DNA from: Marsupella aquatica
Taxonomy: Eukaryota > Plantae > Marchantiophyta
Direction of reading: 5' to 3'
Length of the DNA: 64,000 bases
Assembly: GCA_973895155.1 (NCBI GenBank)
Contig: OZ316899.1
Span: forward strand, 11,337,675 to 11,401,674
The translations under genes and the position numbers were made by a program. Shown piece after piece: positions 50,392 to 61,407 of the stretch. Positions within the stretch are counted from its first letter, which is position 1. The number at the start of each line of letters is the position of its first letter. The notes below the pieces were generated by a model, which was not told the origin of the DNA, made no database searches, and saw only the letters and a list, made by a program, of their open reading frames with translations.

Positions 50392-53300
50392 AGGACTGAT
50401 TTGTGAACAAAAGAAAATACACTTTTAATTAATAGGCTGATATGGGGCCTGTGGAAGGCCTGGGACACCTTAAGGCGTGGCCTCTCTTTTGTGCCCGGTG
50501 TGGACGGTATACCTGGCAGATGGAGCATTCAGGACTCAATTCGATGTCTCGCCGGGCCTCACTCCTGGCCGGTCACTGATTTGGAGGAGGTCACAAAGAC
50601 CTTAGGGAGACTAGGAATTAGGAAAATAGCTGATTGCTGGTCTGGGGGCTCAGGGGTATGGATCGACCTTTCCTGTCGCTGGCATTATCTTAGAGGTGTC
50701 TCTGAAGAATGTAAGTCACAGTGTGCACTCCTGCTAGATGTCATCCATCGTGGTCACTCCTGCTGGCTGGACCTGGAATCGGGTGCTAGGCAGTGGCGCT
50801 GGGCTGACACTTGGGCTTTCTCAAAGTCCTTTCAAATTAACAACCAACGAGCTTACAAACTCTTGAGGGACAAAAGCACTGACTTTGAGAGATGGAATCA
50901 AATTTGGGGATGCAGGCGATTGGAAACAGAATGGAATTCTGTCTGGACTTGAATTTGGAGTTCTGATTTGTCTTCCAGGGCGAAAACATTCATTTGGCGC
51001 TTGATAGTTGGTGGTCTCTTCACGGGATCTTGGGCTGCTAAGATTGGTGCAGGCTCAAGTATATGCCATGTTTGCCCTGGGAGAATTGAAAGCATCCCCC
51101 ACCTTTTCTTTGGTTGTGCTCACGCCATGCTCTGTTGGGGAATCGGAGAGTCCAGCTCCTTGAGACAACTGTTTGGCAGGGGTTGGGGTAGCCTAGAACT
51201 CCTTGTTGCTGTTGATTCCAAAACACACTCAATCTGCTTGCTTTTTCCTGCATTATCAAATGTTGTGGGCTTTATGGATGGGACAAAATGAGCAGATTTT
51301 TGAGAAAATGCTGATCCGAGTATTTGATTTTGGGCTGGTCCTCTTGGAAACTGAGACTCACTTGCGTGCTGCGGACTGGTGCCTCCCCATTGGTGGGCGG
51401 CGCATCAGACTGGCTAAGGCTAGGGATCTCATAGCTTTAGAACGACGATACTGGTTTGCTAGGAGTACTGGCAGAGTCTCCTCAGTGGCTGCATTGCTGG
51501 TCTAGGAGTGATAGTTATTGGAAGAGGGTGAATGGGTTACCTCGCTTATCGGCTCTAGGGCTCTACAAGTTGACATGATGTGTGGGTCACTCACGTTTTG
51601 GGCCACTAGGTTTAGTCTCCCCTTTTTATTGTGATTCTGGCCTTTGCTTTTGCCAGCTGGCCTCCCTGAGGGAGTTGTGCTGTTATATATATGGGGCTGT
51701 TTGCTTCCCCCCGGCCGTGGGGTTTTCGCGGTCTCACCTTTTTATTATAAAAAATATTTTCCCAGGAAAGAGAGGAGGACGAGCCACTTCTGAGCTTTGA
51801 GAAGCCCTACCTATATGCTATAGGGGCTCTCATGTTCTTGGCTAATCAGACACGTCCGGACATAGCGTTTGCAGTGAGCCTTCTAGCTCGACACAGCTCA
51901 CAACCAACCATCAGGCATTGGAATGGTCTGACAAGAATTTTCCGTTACCTAATTGGTACGGTGGACATGGGCCTGCATTTTCTTACTCAAACAGATGGAA
52001 TACTAACCGGCTATGCAGATGCCAGTTACCTTTCTAAACTTGCAGATGCTAAATCCCAAACAGGGTATATCTTTTTAATTGGCTCAACAGCGATGTCTTG
52101 GAAAGTACCAAGCAAACCCTTACTACAACTTCATCAAACCATTCCAAAATTATTGCTCTATACAAAGCCAGTCGTGAGTGCATCTAGCTCTGAAATGTAA
52201 TCAGTCATGTCTCACAGCATACAGGTACGCCAAAACTCACCTCTCCAACGATTATTTTTTAGGACAATTGTCCCTGCGTTGAACAAATTGTTGCTGGATT
52301 TATTAAAGGGGAAAAAACAAAGCATATAGCCCCCAATTTTTTCTTTACTCACGAACAACTGGAAGACACTATTACTGTCCTAGCTGACAAAACTGTGTCG
52401 ACCTACTAACCAAAGCATTGCCCCCATCTATCCATAGTGAACTAACAAAGTCCATAGGCATGCAAAGATGATCTTCTTTTATACAAGGTTCACTCTGAAG
52501 TGAAGCTGAACAAGTAAACGACAAGCCCAGGGGGAGATTGATACGATTGTACCTGGGAGAGCTTTATGGTTACACATGTAATACTGTGTGCAGAATTTAG
52601 CAAGCTGTTAGCGTTATGGAGAGGCTACCCATTGTCAAATCAGTTGTTTTTGGAGCCAACAACAACGACAAATTGTAGTGAGTCTACAAAGCTATTTTGC
52701 TCTCAACTGTAACAAGCAAAACCAGTGAGAGATTAACCTGATCAAGACAAACACGAGCGCAAGCCAGTGATGGTGTTTAGGGATAGCGATGGCCTTCATT
52801 ACAGAGCTCATTGGAAAATAGATTTGGCCGGGCATGAAAGACCAAGTGCGCCAAACAGAACACGTTCAAGCAGGCGCACTGGAGAAAATATTCTACCAAT
52901 TAAAAGGTGGACAAAGGCGCAGCCAAGTACTTACCACATTGATCACAATTCTGTACTATGAACGTTGCCTCTGATCCCCGAAGCCATCCATTCCATTCCT
53001 TAGAACTTCAAGCTTACAGTCCAAGATCAACTACACAACATATATGTCACGCCAAAAGAGTCGCCCTTACGCGGATTTTGGCTTAGGCGGCCATAAACTT
53101 TGTAAATATTGAGGTTTCGAGCAAGGAGGGACGTGCAAACAGTACTTATTCTCGTAAGTGGACTCTAACCACATCCAATTCTAATTCTACACACATCATA
53201 GGTATGTTTTGTGTTCCGCCGCCGGAACGTACCTTAAGTCAATGATTGGATTGACCCTGGCTTAAGGACTTCTAAGCCTTTGCATTATCCGCCTCCAATG

Positions 53301-54699
53301 ATACAGGTATCTAACCCAGGCTTGCAACCACTATCCGCAACCGTCACCCCATGCGCAGCTTGTACAAATGAATGCATTTGGCCAAGCGTTCTATACCCGT
53401 ATACAAGATTTATGACCATAACAGATTCCACAACAATCAATAGTTTCACTAATTCTGGAATATTATTAACGGTTTGGAAATTTCATAACAACTTTTTGGA
53501 AATTTAAATCAACTAAATTGTAGATAAATATGAGACTTATCAATATCATATTTGAAATTTTTTGATCAAGATATATGAAGCTTAACAAGCTACTCCTAAT
53601 AAATCTATGCATAGCATACAATGTACTCTAGAACTCAAGTTATAGGGAAAATAATAATTGGTGTTGGAAATTTCATGATAAAAAATTCCCGGGTATGCAA
53701 CTCCCCTTTTTATAAGGCAAGTTTTTAATTCCTTATAATGGCCATATATCCAATTGACCATCTTAGATTTTATTTTAGTCTTCTAAAATCTTGTACCTCT
53801 CAACTTAAGGAATCCAAAAATGTAACTTAAAAAGAAAACCAAACATGTTTTGATGTACTAAAAGTTGATCAAAACCAAATTATATGGGTTTTTTTTAATA
53901 CAGGGGTCTACAGCCAAACTAGCCAGCTTTTCAGGATTTTTATTAAAATTTTAAAAATCTTTTAATAAAAATTCCAGCATGTGTAGGAATATTTTTTAAT
54001 TTCATATGGAAAAGGAAGACAACCAACCCTTTTACATGACTTGAAAATTTTAAAAAGTGGAAAACCCAGGTTTTTTGAAATTTTATTATTTTGTATCGCC
54101 AACTTTTTAGTCCATATAAAAATGTAGACCCCTGCCGATTATACAAGAGTTGCGTACCCGGGAAAAAATTGGACAAAAGAATGTCCAGAGTTAGTGAAAT
54201 CACTGATAACATACAATCTCGGTTTACACAAAGGAAATGATGGGGGAAAGACTTTTAATTAGAAATCCGTCATATACACATACACAGTTGACTTGACTTC
54301 TTTGGGAATAACAGGCCCAATGGCAGGAATGTGTACACTACAATGGAGCCCGGCTTTGCACTCGCTTGGCAAGCTTAGTTGTACCCTCCCTCCGTGAAAC
54401 TCTTTCATTCACTAAGGTCAGGACTCCCCGCACATCCGCGGATACCCGATTCTAAACCTAAAGTACCCCCTCGCGCTGCCCCTACCGAGGGTGCACTAAA
54501 TACTAACTAAGAGCCGTGGTCTGGAACAATCACATGCTTGAATCTAGTCTATTCTAATTTTAGCTAAATGCCAGGCCGTAAAAGGGCTTGTTTCTATCCT
54601 AAGATTCTATACTAAAAGAGGGTTGATAGCATCGCTAACTAGTTTTGGCGTTTGTCTGCAATGTTCAATTTCCTTGGCTAAACCTACGCTATTCTAAAC

Positions 54700-57071
54700 T
54701 TGCCGCACCGCTAATGTCTGGCATGTTTGCCAGACCCGCCCAAGTGGGACTTGGAGCGGCCATCCTATTGCCTCCTCATCCGGTCGGCGTCTTGCTTGAG
54801 GATCTGGACTTGGTCCAGGAGAGACTCGTTCTCTTGTTTCACCGCGTTCGTCTCCTCTGTGGCCTCCTAGCACGCCTCTTCCAACTGCTGGCCGTCGATT
54901 GTCAAATGTGCCACCAATTGGTCTTATTTAGCGGCTTCCTATAGAAGTCGTGACACTTTTGCTTTCAGGGCATCCACCTCGGCTGTATCCCTTTGGGCCC
55001 GAGCGTCGGCCTCCTCTACGTCCTTCTACTAGATTACTCCTTGTCCTTTCAAGCCGTCAATTTGGGCCCAGAGCCGTGAGATTTTGGCATCCTTTACGGC
55101 TCCGGCTTGTATGGCCAAGGCTAACTTGGCTTTGGCGTTGGTGACCTGAGCCAGAGCGGTCGTAAGCTGAGGCCGAAGAAGTTGTAGCTCGGTCAGTCAA
55201 GTTGAGGCTTCATCTAATAGTTGGGTTGCCTCCGCCCAATACCGCTCAATCTTGGCTGTAGCTTCTGCTTGAGCATGCCCTCCCTTTACTGCCGCCACCA
55301 GCTCTTGGCTGAAGAAGTAAGCCACCTTGCAGGCCATGAACTCCCCCATTTCCCGACTAATCTATTGGGAGAAGTTGCCCAGCAACACATTCAAATACGT
55401 GCCCGGTGCAAAGAGTTTTGGGTTCAACAGGCTGTGCCCAATCGGGTTAGTGCAGGAACAGACCTCTACCCAAGCAGAGGCCGGGGTTGTTACGTCCAGC
55501 CCTGGGGTAGTAAGGGTAGAAGGGAGGGGCATCCAGCAAGGGGATCCACTTGCACAACCGCAAAGGGTATCGTGGCTTCCTCCGGAATTATGGCCTTGGG
55601 TTCGGGGCCAGCTTCAACCCGATCGGTTGTGACAGCACAAGCCTGGTTTTGGGCATCTAGGGTTGCAATAACCACTGAGTCTGGCATAGAAGAAGGTGCC
55701 TCAATAGCTGTTTGTGGAGCCAGGGTGGACACCACTGGTGCTGGACTGCGGCTCTTGGGTTGTGGCTGCCTCTCCTGAGCTGGGAAGACCCATCTGGGCG
55801 GGGTGAGTTTGGGCTTGTTGCACCTCGGGAGGGTTTGTTGGTCAAACTGGGCATACCACTCAATGATGATCTTGGTGTGGCTTGCAACGTATGCCTTTCC
55901 CCCGAGGTACAAGGTCTTCCTTTGTCATTCCATCTCCTCGTGGAACTTCTTGACGAAGAAAGAAGCCCACTTCCTAGGCCGGTAGTTCTCGACCTGGATA
56001 ACCTGGGTGGTGGATATCTTGCCCCGCGGCTCCATCATGTGGATGGTGTACCGCTGAAACTCCAACCGCTCTTTTTTGACTAAACTTGTCCTAACCATCA
56101 TGACTAACTAATTTTGTGTCGCTATGCTAATAACTACGGACTACTAAGTCCACTTTGTACGTGCTTAGCACGAGTTAAGCCAAATTGCTTATTACCAGCT
56201 GTGCTGGCGACGTCACATAGCTCCCTACTTAATTGTGAAGCGTCCTCACAAACATCGCTATCGGCGGTGTCATCTTGATGATGGTACTTTTTCACATGGT
56301 CATAACTAACTCGCGTGGGAAGTAAATCGTCGATGTATGTCGCGAGCTTGATGGACAAGGAAAGGTCCCAACCAGCGAGTATGCAGTTTCCCGGGAAATT
56401 GCATGTACCTGCTGTTGTACAAGAGGACCAGGTCCCCTATCATGACGTCAATCTTCCGTAGTCCTTTGTCGTGCTACTTCTTAGATAGAAGTAGCCTGCT
56501 GCTTTGCTACGTGTCAGGCAGTGAGTACCCGGTCTTTCTCCAATACCTCTATCTGATAAGCTCTATCCAAAGAACCTTTTGGCTTTGGGTAAGCGATCCC
56601 GAATACTCACCCGCGGCGTGTGGATTTCAAACTTGACCGGTACTAGAGAGTGTTGCCCGAACACAAGGAAGTACGGACTATGACTAGTAGTAGTCTTGTA
56701 GGCCAAGTTGTATAAGTATACAGCAACATACAACTTGTCATCCCAATTTTTCTTGTGTGCGGCTACCGTTTTGTTGAGAATCTTTTTGATGATCCCGTTT
56801 GCTCTTTCCGTCAGACCGTTGGCTTTAGGATGGTGCGGGATGGTCTTGCGATGTTTGATCAGGTACCATTTAGTAAGTCACTCTACTGTCTCATTGATGA
56901 AGTGCGTTCCCCGGTTGCTAACTATCTCCAGAGGTGGCCTGAAGCGAGTGAATATTTGCTTGTATAAGAACCTGGCACTAGTGGCCGCATCATCCTTTAC
57001 CGTAGCTTGGGCTTCTACCCATTTGGTCAAATAATCAATAGCAAGTAGAATGTACTTGCACCGGTGTTGTG
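54700..57071 (-). mobile_element. Older non-chromoviral Gypsy fragment: integrase core (56640-57071), integrase C-terminus (~56200-56330) and a decayed extra ORF
   Basis: KYILLAIDYLTKWVEA...SNRGTHF...KANGLTER. 56213-56254 resembles 61781-61822. Left boundary not resolved. Confidence 0.7.
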
Positions 57072-57173
57072 CGTCCCATGGCTCCCTAAACCCAAGAAAC
57101 CCCCCTGCACAAGCCAATTCCCGTAGGTTTCGCTCTTGGCAAGGCCGGTTCCACGGCTTAGCGGCATGGGACA
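57072..57173 (-). repeat. Candidate 102-bp 3' LTR
   Basis: Inverted termini (C)GTCCCATG...CATGGGACA, preceded on the - strand by purine-rich AGTAGAGAGTTAGGAG. Truncates another element's integrase at 57071. Confidence 0.6.
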
Positions 57174-57958
57174 CTCCTAACTCTCTACTAACATTTTACA
57201 CACATATACTGGACAGATCCTTCATCAGGTCATGAGATACGTAGTTGGCCTATTCTATGCCTTCCCTTGTCTTCCTCTGGTGGTCTTCCTTTAGGTATGT
57301 TTGGATTCCGCCGCCGGAATGATCCCCAACTGGCTTGGGTAAGCCGCTAAGACCTCTCTCAGCTTGACACATCCAACTCTTACTACCTTGCTTACTTCCT
57401 TCTCTTGATTGATGTGGGCAATCTTCAAACAAGTTAATGCGACACACAAATAGCAAAATGACTCCTTCTGACTGAATTATACCATGCACTTGCCATACAA
57501 ACAGTACTTCTCATACACAAGATCTGCGAACTAAGCCGTGAGGCCAACTCTATTCATCTCTTAGGCATGAGGAAACATGAATATACACAAGGGTCACAGT
57601 ATAACTAACCAAGAGCTTCTTTTACTACTTGATCCCAACCCTGCTGGTGCACTAAAAACTTGCTAAGGAAGAGGGCCCTGAACTCCCCGTTGCCCAGGTA
57701 CTTATCCTGGCAGTGGATCCGCCTAATTCCTTGCAGCGTAAGCCTAATCTATTCTAATTGTAATCTACCTATGTACAGCAAGGCAGGAGCACAAGTGTTA
57801 CTCTTACCACTGGATCCGCAATCCCACTAATCTAAGTGTCAGGGCCGCCTCTTGGTCCTGATCCTAATTCTAAACTTGGAGATCTGGGCCTGCCCTGCCC
57901 ACTCACGCCTCCTCCCTCCACGTTCGCCCTCCTTAAAAGGAGCGGCCCTCCACCACCA

Positions 57959-60900
57959 TCATGGTAGCGGTGGCTGATCCTCAATGGATGCCCCCAACGC
58001 TTCTTCCGTAGCCACTGCCGTAGGTCCGTCCTCTGACGGATTACCTGCCCTAGACCCAGTCAACTCACCTGCGGCCTGACCGGGTCCACCCTCGGCTTCG
58101 GCCTCAGCATCGGCCATGGCCTCTAATATGGTGACGGCCTCCCCGACATACTCTAGTGGTGGATCCGGTACCCCGGCTTCATCACTGAGTGTCCTGGCCT
58201 CGGCTTGGCCATCCCCGCCTTCTAAGCCAGTTGGATCCTCTGCCGTGACCCTACCTGAGGTTGGTGTCGGGTTCTCCTCCGTGGTCACGACTGCTTGAGA
58301 AGCCGTGTTACTCCCTGACCCAGAAGGTTTACGCTTCTTCTTCTTCCCTGGTTCGGTAGCTAGTCCCTTCCCCTTGCCATTTACTTCCGGCACTGGTGCA
58401 AGTGTCGCGGCTTGTCCTTTGGCCGGTACTACTCCTGGCAACTTGGTTGCCCCAATTGGAGTTGGAACTGATGAAGCCAAGCACTTAAATACTGCGGCTT
58501 GTTTCTTTAGCCGCTCCGTTTGGTTGTCGGCCCGCCGTTGTAAGTTCTCCATCTTCCTTGTGCTTTCTTCCAACTCCTCCTGTGTTTTGTCTAGGTCCTT
58601 CCACGCCTCCTCCAGCTCCTTTTGGGCTTCCTCCAATTCCTTCTTTAAGGTAGCCCTCTCCTCTTGGGTTGCTCTTAGCTCCTTGTCGAGCTCCGTCATG
58701 ACCTCAGACTCCATTTTATTCATCTTGGCATAAGTCTGATCAAGCTGGTCGTCTTTCTCACGCAGGTCGGCCTTGAAGCTGGCCATCAGGGATGCAAGCT
58801 CCTACTGTAGCACAATAATCCTTTGATAGGATTTCCCTAACTCGACCTCCTTCTGCTCAAGGGCTCCACGGATATCCTTGAGCTCCCCCTTCAATGCCCT
58901 CTCCCTCCTCTGGGTCTCCGCCATGGCCCGATTGTTGGCTGCTATGTGGGCCTCCTCTGCGTCCCTCAGCTCTTGCTTCCAGTTCCCCCTTTCCTTGACC
59001 GCATTGGCCAACTCTCCTTGGGTCCGAGTCAGTTTATCCTTGATAATCTGATTATCAGACTGAGCGGTATCTAGTTGCCCTTGCATGATGTTTAGCTCGT
59101 GCCGCTTAATTTGCAGCTCATCTTGGGCTTTCTTGGCCGCCTTCAGGTCCTCTACCTTGGCTACCTTCTCCCTAAGCCGTCGGATGACCTCGTCCTTCTT
59201 TCTTCTCTCCAAAGCCACCGCTTCTTCCAATCGGCGTTTCTCCAACATCTCCCTCTGGAAAAAGGGTCCCTGCTCCAACTCCTCCCCAAAGATGCTGAGC
59301 GCAAGTTCCCCACACATCTCCTCGTACTCCATGGCCTCTTTCTTTAGCATAGGTGGAGTGAGTAGAAGTCATCGGCATCAACCACCGTGGCCTTTGTTCC
59401 CAAGCCGCCTTCCGTATTTCTTCTATTGTGGCTGGAGGACTGCCCCGTCTTTCTGCAAGCTGCCGAATGTCCTCTAGCCATTCTCCCCCAGGTAAATCCT
59501 TCTCCTTAGCCAGGGCTGCCTCCTCTTCTTCCTTGAGTTGCTCCTGAAACTCCTGCGCTGTCTGTTTTATTTCGTCAAAGCTCGGGGGCAACATCTGGTG
59601 GGGGAGACTCGGGGCTGTTCTGCTGGGTGGGGTCCCCTCGAACTACTCTTGGAAGCAAGGGGATGAACCGGCCATAGGTCCTTACTCCTAGAACATGATG
59701 GTCTGACCCGTAGTCGGAGTTATCATTGCCATAGTCCTCCACTGCCTCCTCCGTGGCTTGGACTACCGGCTCCCCCCGCTGCTCCCCTGGTCTTGCTGTG
59801 AACAGGGCCTCACAGCTCACGGGTCCTATTTCCTCCTTTGGCTTCCAAACTGTCTTCTCCCTTTGTTTACCGCAAACAAGAGCTTTAGGCTGCTCTCCCT
59901 CGGATTTGGGGCTTGAGGCTCCCACATACATTTGAACCCCTGGCTCGTGTTCCGGCCTCCTTCTCTGCTTGGCTCTGGTAAAGGGGTTTTCCCTTGTAAG
60001 TTGGCTTAGGCCGACTTCTGGAGCAGTGTTCTGTACCAGTGTTGTTGCCGTTGTCGTTCTCTTTTCCTTCTCCAGCAATATCAGCAATTTCAGCAAATTC
60101 TGCATGCCTGGTTGCTGCATCGGCAAGTCTTTCGTCCTTGGTCTAAACACCTGCTTGATTGTAGGACTGTCGGGCTGGTTGGGTTTCTCTACTGTCGGCC
60201 TCTGTTCTTGAACCTCCTTTGGTGCCCTTGCTTGCAGGGGAAGTACTGGGGCAAAGATCTGATTTTGGGCATATCGGCACAAGAGCAACATGTGATAGCC
60301 AAGCCGGGACACGCTTCCCTTGCCGATCACCTATTGTTCCTCCTTCAAGATCTTCTTAAGTTGGGTGAGGAGGTACCCGTTGTAGTCCCAACTTGGGTCT
60401 GGCCTCTCCGCCAGGTAGACCTGTGCCTTGCTGATCTCTGGCCTTGGCAAGTTGCAATGCATGGTTACCCGCAAGAAATTGATAATCTCTCCGATGTGCG
60501 GGTTGGTGCAGGTGTTTCGGAAGAAGGCATTCTTTGTTGATGTCCCTGGGAACGACCGGAACTCCTGGTCTGGCAAGGTCTTCCTGGTATCTACTTTGGT
60601 CTTCCATCCCATTGGCAAGCCAAACGCTTCGGCAATCACCCGGGGAGTGAGATAGAAATCATTCCCATACACCCTTGTGGAACTGGTCTTGGGCTCCCAT
60701 GATCCCACAAATTCTAATGAGTCTGAATCCGGCACCTCCGGCTTCAGCCATGGTAATTTCACGAAGGCTTCCAAGCCAGATCCGGCCATGAAGCCCTGGT
60801 ACTTCCGAGTCTGCATAGCCGTAAAGCATGCATCCTCTTCACGTGCAAAGTGTAATTGCACTTCCTTGGGGAGGGTTGCCGCCCAGCCTTTCCAAGTGTC

Positions 60901-61407
60901 ATCCCTTGTTGGAACGACATTGATGGGGTCCACCTCCTCTTCTTTGGCTTATTCCTGCCTCCTGCTCCCTTGCTCGGCTGGCTTCCTTGGTGCCGCCGAC
61001 CTCGTTCTCTTCGGAAGGGTGGTCTCTTCGTTGTTGTTCCCTTTCCTCTTCATAGCTGCTGCCATGGATGTTTCTCCGAGGACAATTGCCTTCGTCCACC
61101 CCTCCGTGCTACCCTTCAACTCCCAGTGTATGTCGTTGCAGCGGTTGATGGCTTCCTGGATGCCGACCATTCTGTTCTTGCAAAACAGAAGGTCGTCTAG
61201 CTTGTCGCTAGTAGGTGTCCACAGGAATTCAGCTGTGATGAGTTCTCCTCCTAAGAAGGTAGACTTTTGCAGCTCCCACAGTCGAGCGAGCTCCTGCCAT
61301 TCTCGAGCTGCTCTTTCTGATTCTTTGTCCTCGTAGGTCCCAATGTACTCAATTGCCCGTTCTAACAGGCATCCCCAAAAATGAGCAGCTTGATTGATGT
61401 TGCTCAT
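57959..61407 (-). pseudogene. Extra ORF of the Gypsy element (~1150 aa): plant-transposon-protein-like domain plus long coiled coil
   Basis: ORFs starting 61407, 60933 and 60330 share one frame, separated by single stops. Frameshifts lead into the E/K/Q-rich heptad ORFs 59350-57959. GLEAFVKLPW...EFVGSW...LTPRVIAEAFGLP resembles Athila-type extra-ORF domains. Confidence 0.65.

Larger units (their letters stand above)
37059..50441. mobile_element. 13.4-kb TIR DNA transposon (Sola-like DDE transposase) carrying cargo genes
   Basis: TIR ATCAGCCTATT(C/A)ATTAAAAGTGTATT at 37059-37084 and 50416-50441 (25/26 match). 4-bp TSD ATGG (37055-37058, 50442-50445). Cleanly interrupts LINE ORF2. Confidence 0.92.
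34173..51505 (+). pseudogene. LINE ORF2 (APE endonuclease, RT, zf-RVT), split by the DNA transposon (34173-37058 + 50446-51505)
   Basis: ASWNVCGLG, ALQEVK, GDFN, SRLDRFY, SDHDPI; DWRPLTMLN, KLDFKKAFDRV, GVRQGCPLSP, LFADD; CHVC..ESIPHLFFGC. Removing the insertion restores PYTW|GLWKAW. Confidence 0.9.
25590..51766 (+). mobile_element. Full-length L1-clade LINE (~7 kb once insertions are removed): 25590-28248, 34079-37058, 50446-51766
   Basis: 15-bp TSD AAAGAGAGGAGGACG (25575-25589, 51767-51781). ORF1 and ORF2 present; short A-rich 3' end near 51745. Confidence 0.9.
14402..52536 (+). mobile_element. Ty1/Copia Bianca-type (copy 2), in three pieces: 14402-15076, 23474-25589, 51782-52536
   Basis: HSILRSK protease; WHRRLGHP; integrase SKWSQVS|LLSTHNL split by the LTR insertion; RT FYVDDNNLFG; REED|EPLL split by the LINE; RNase H; PPT CAGGGGGAG at 52528-52536. 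Gag and 5' LTR are lost. Confidence 0.9.

Noticed and set aside
52537-53140. 3' LTR of Bianca copy 2, and a TGTCACGCC LTR start at ~53045
   Set aside because: No partner LTR or TSD in the window, so boundaries cannot be supported.
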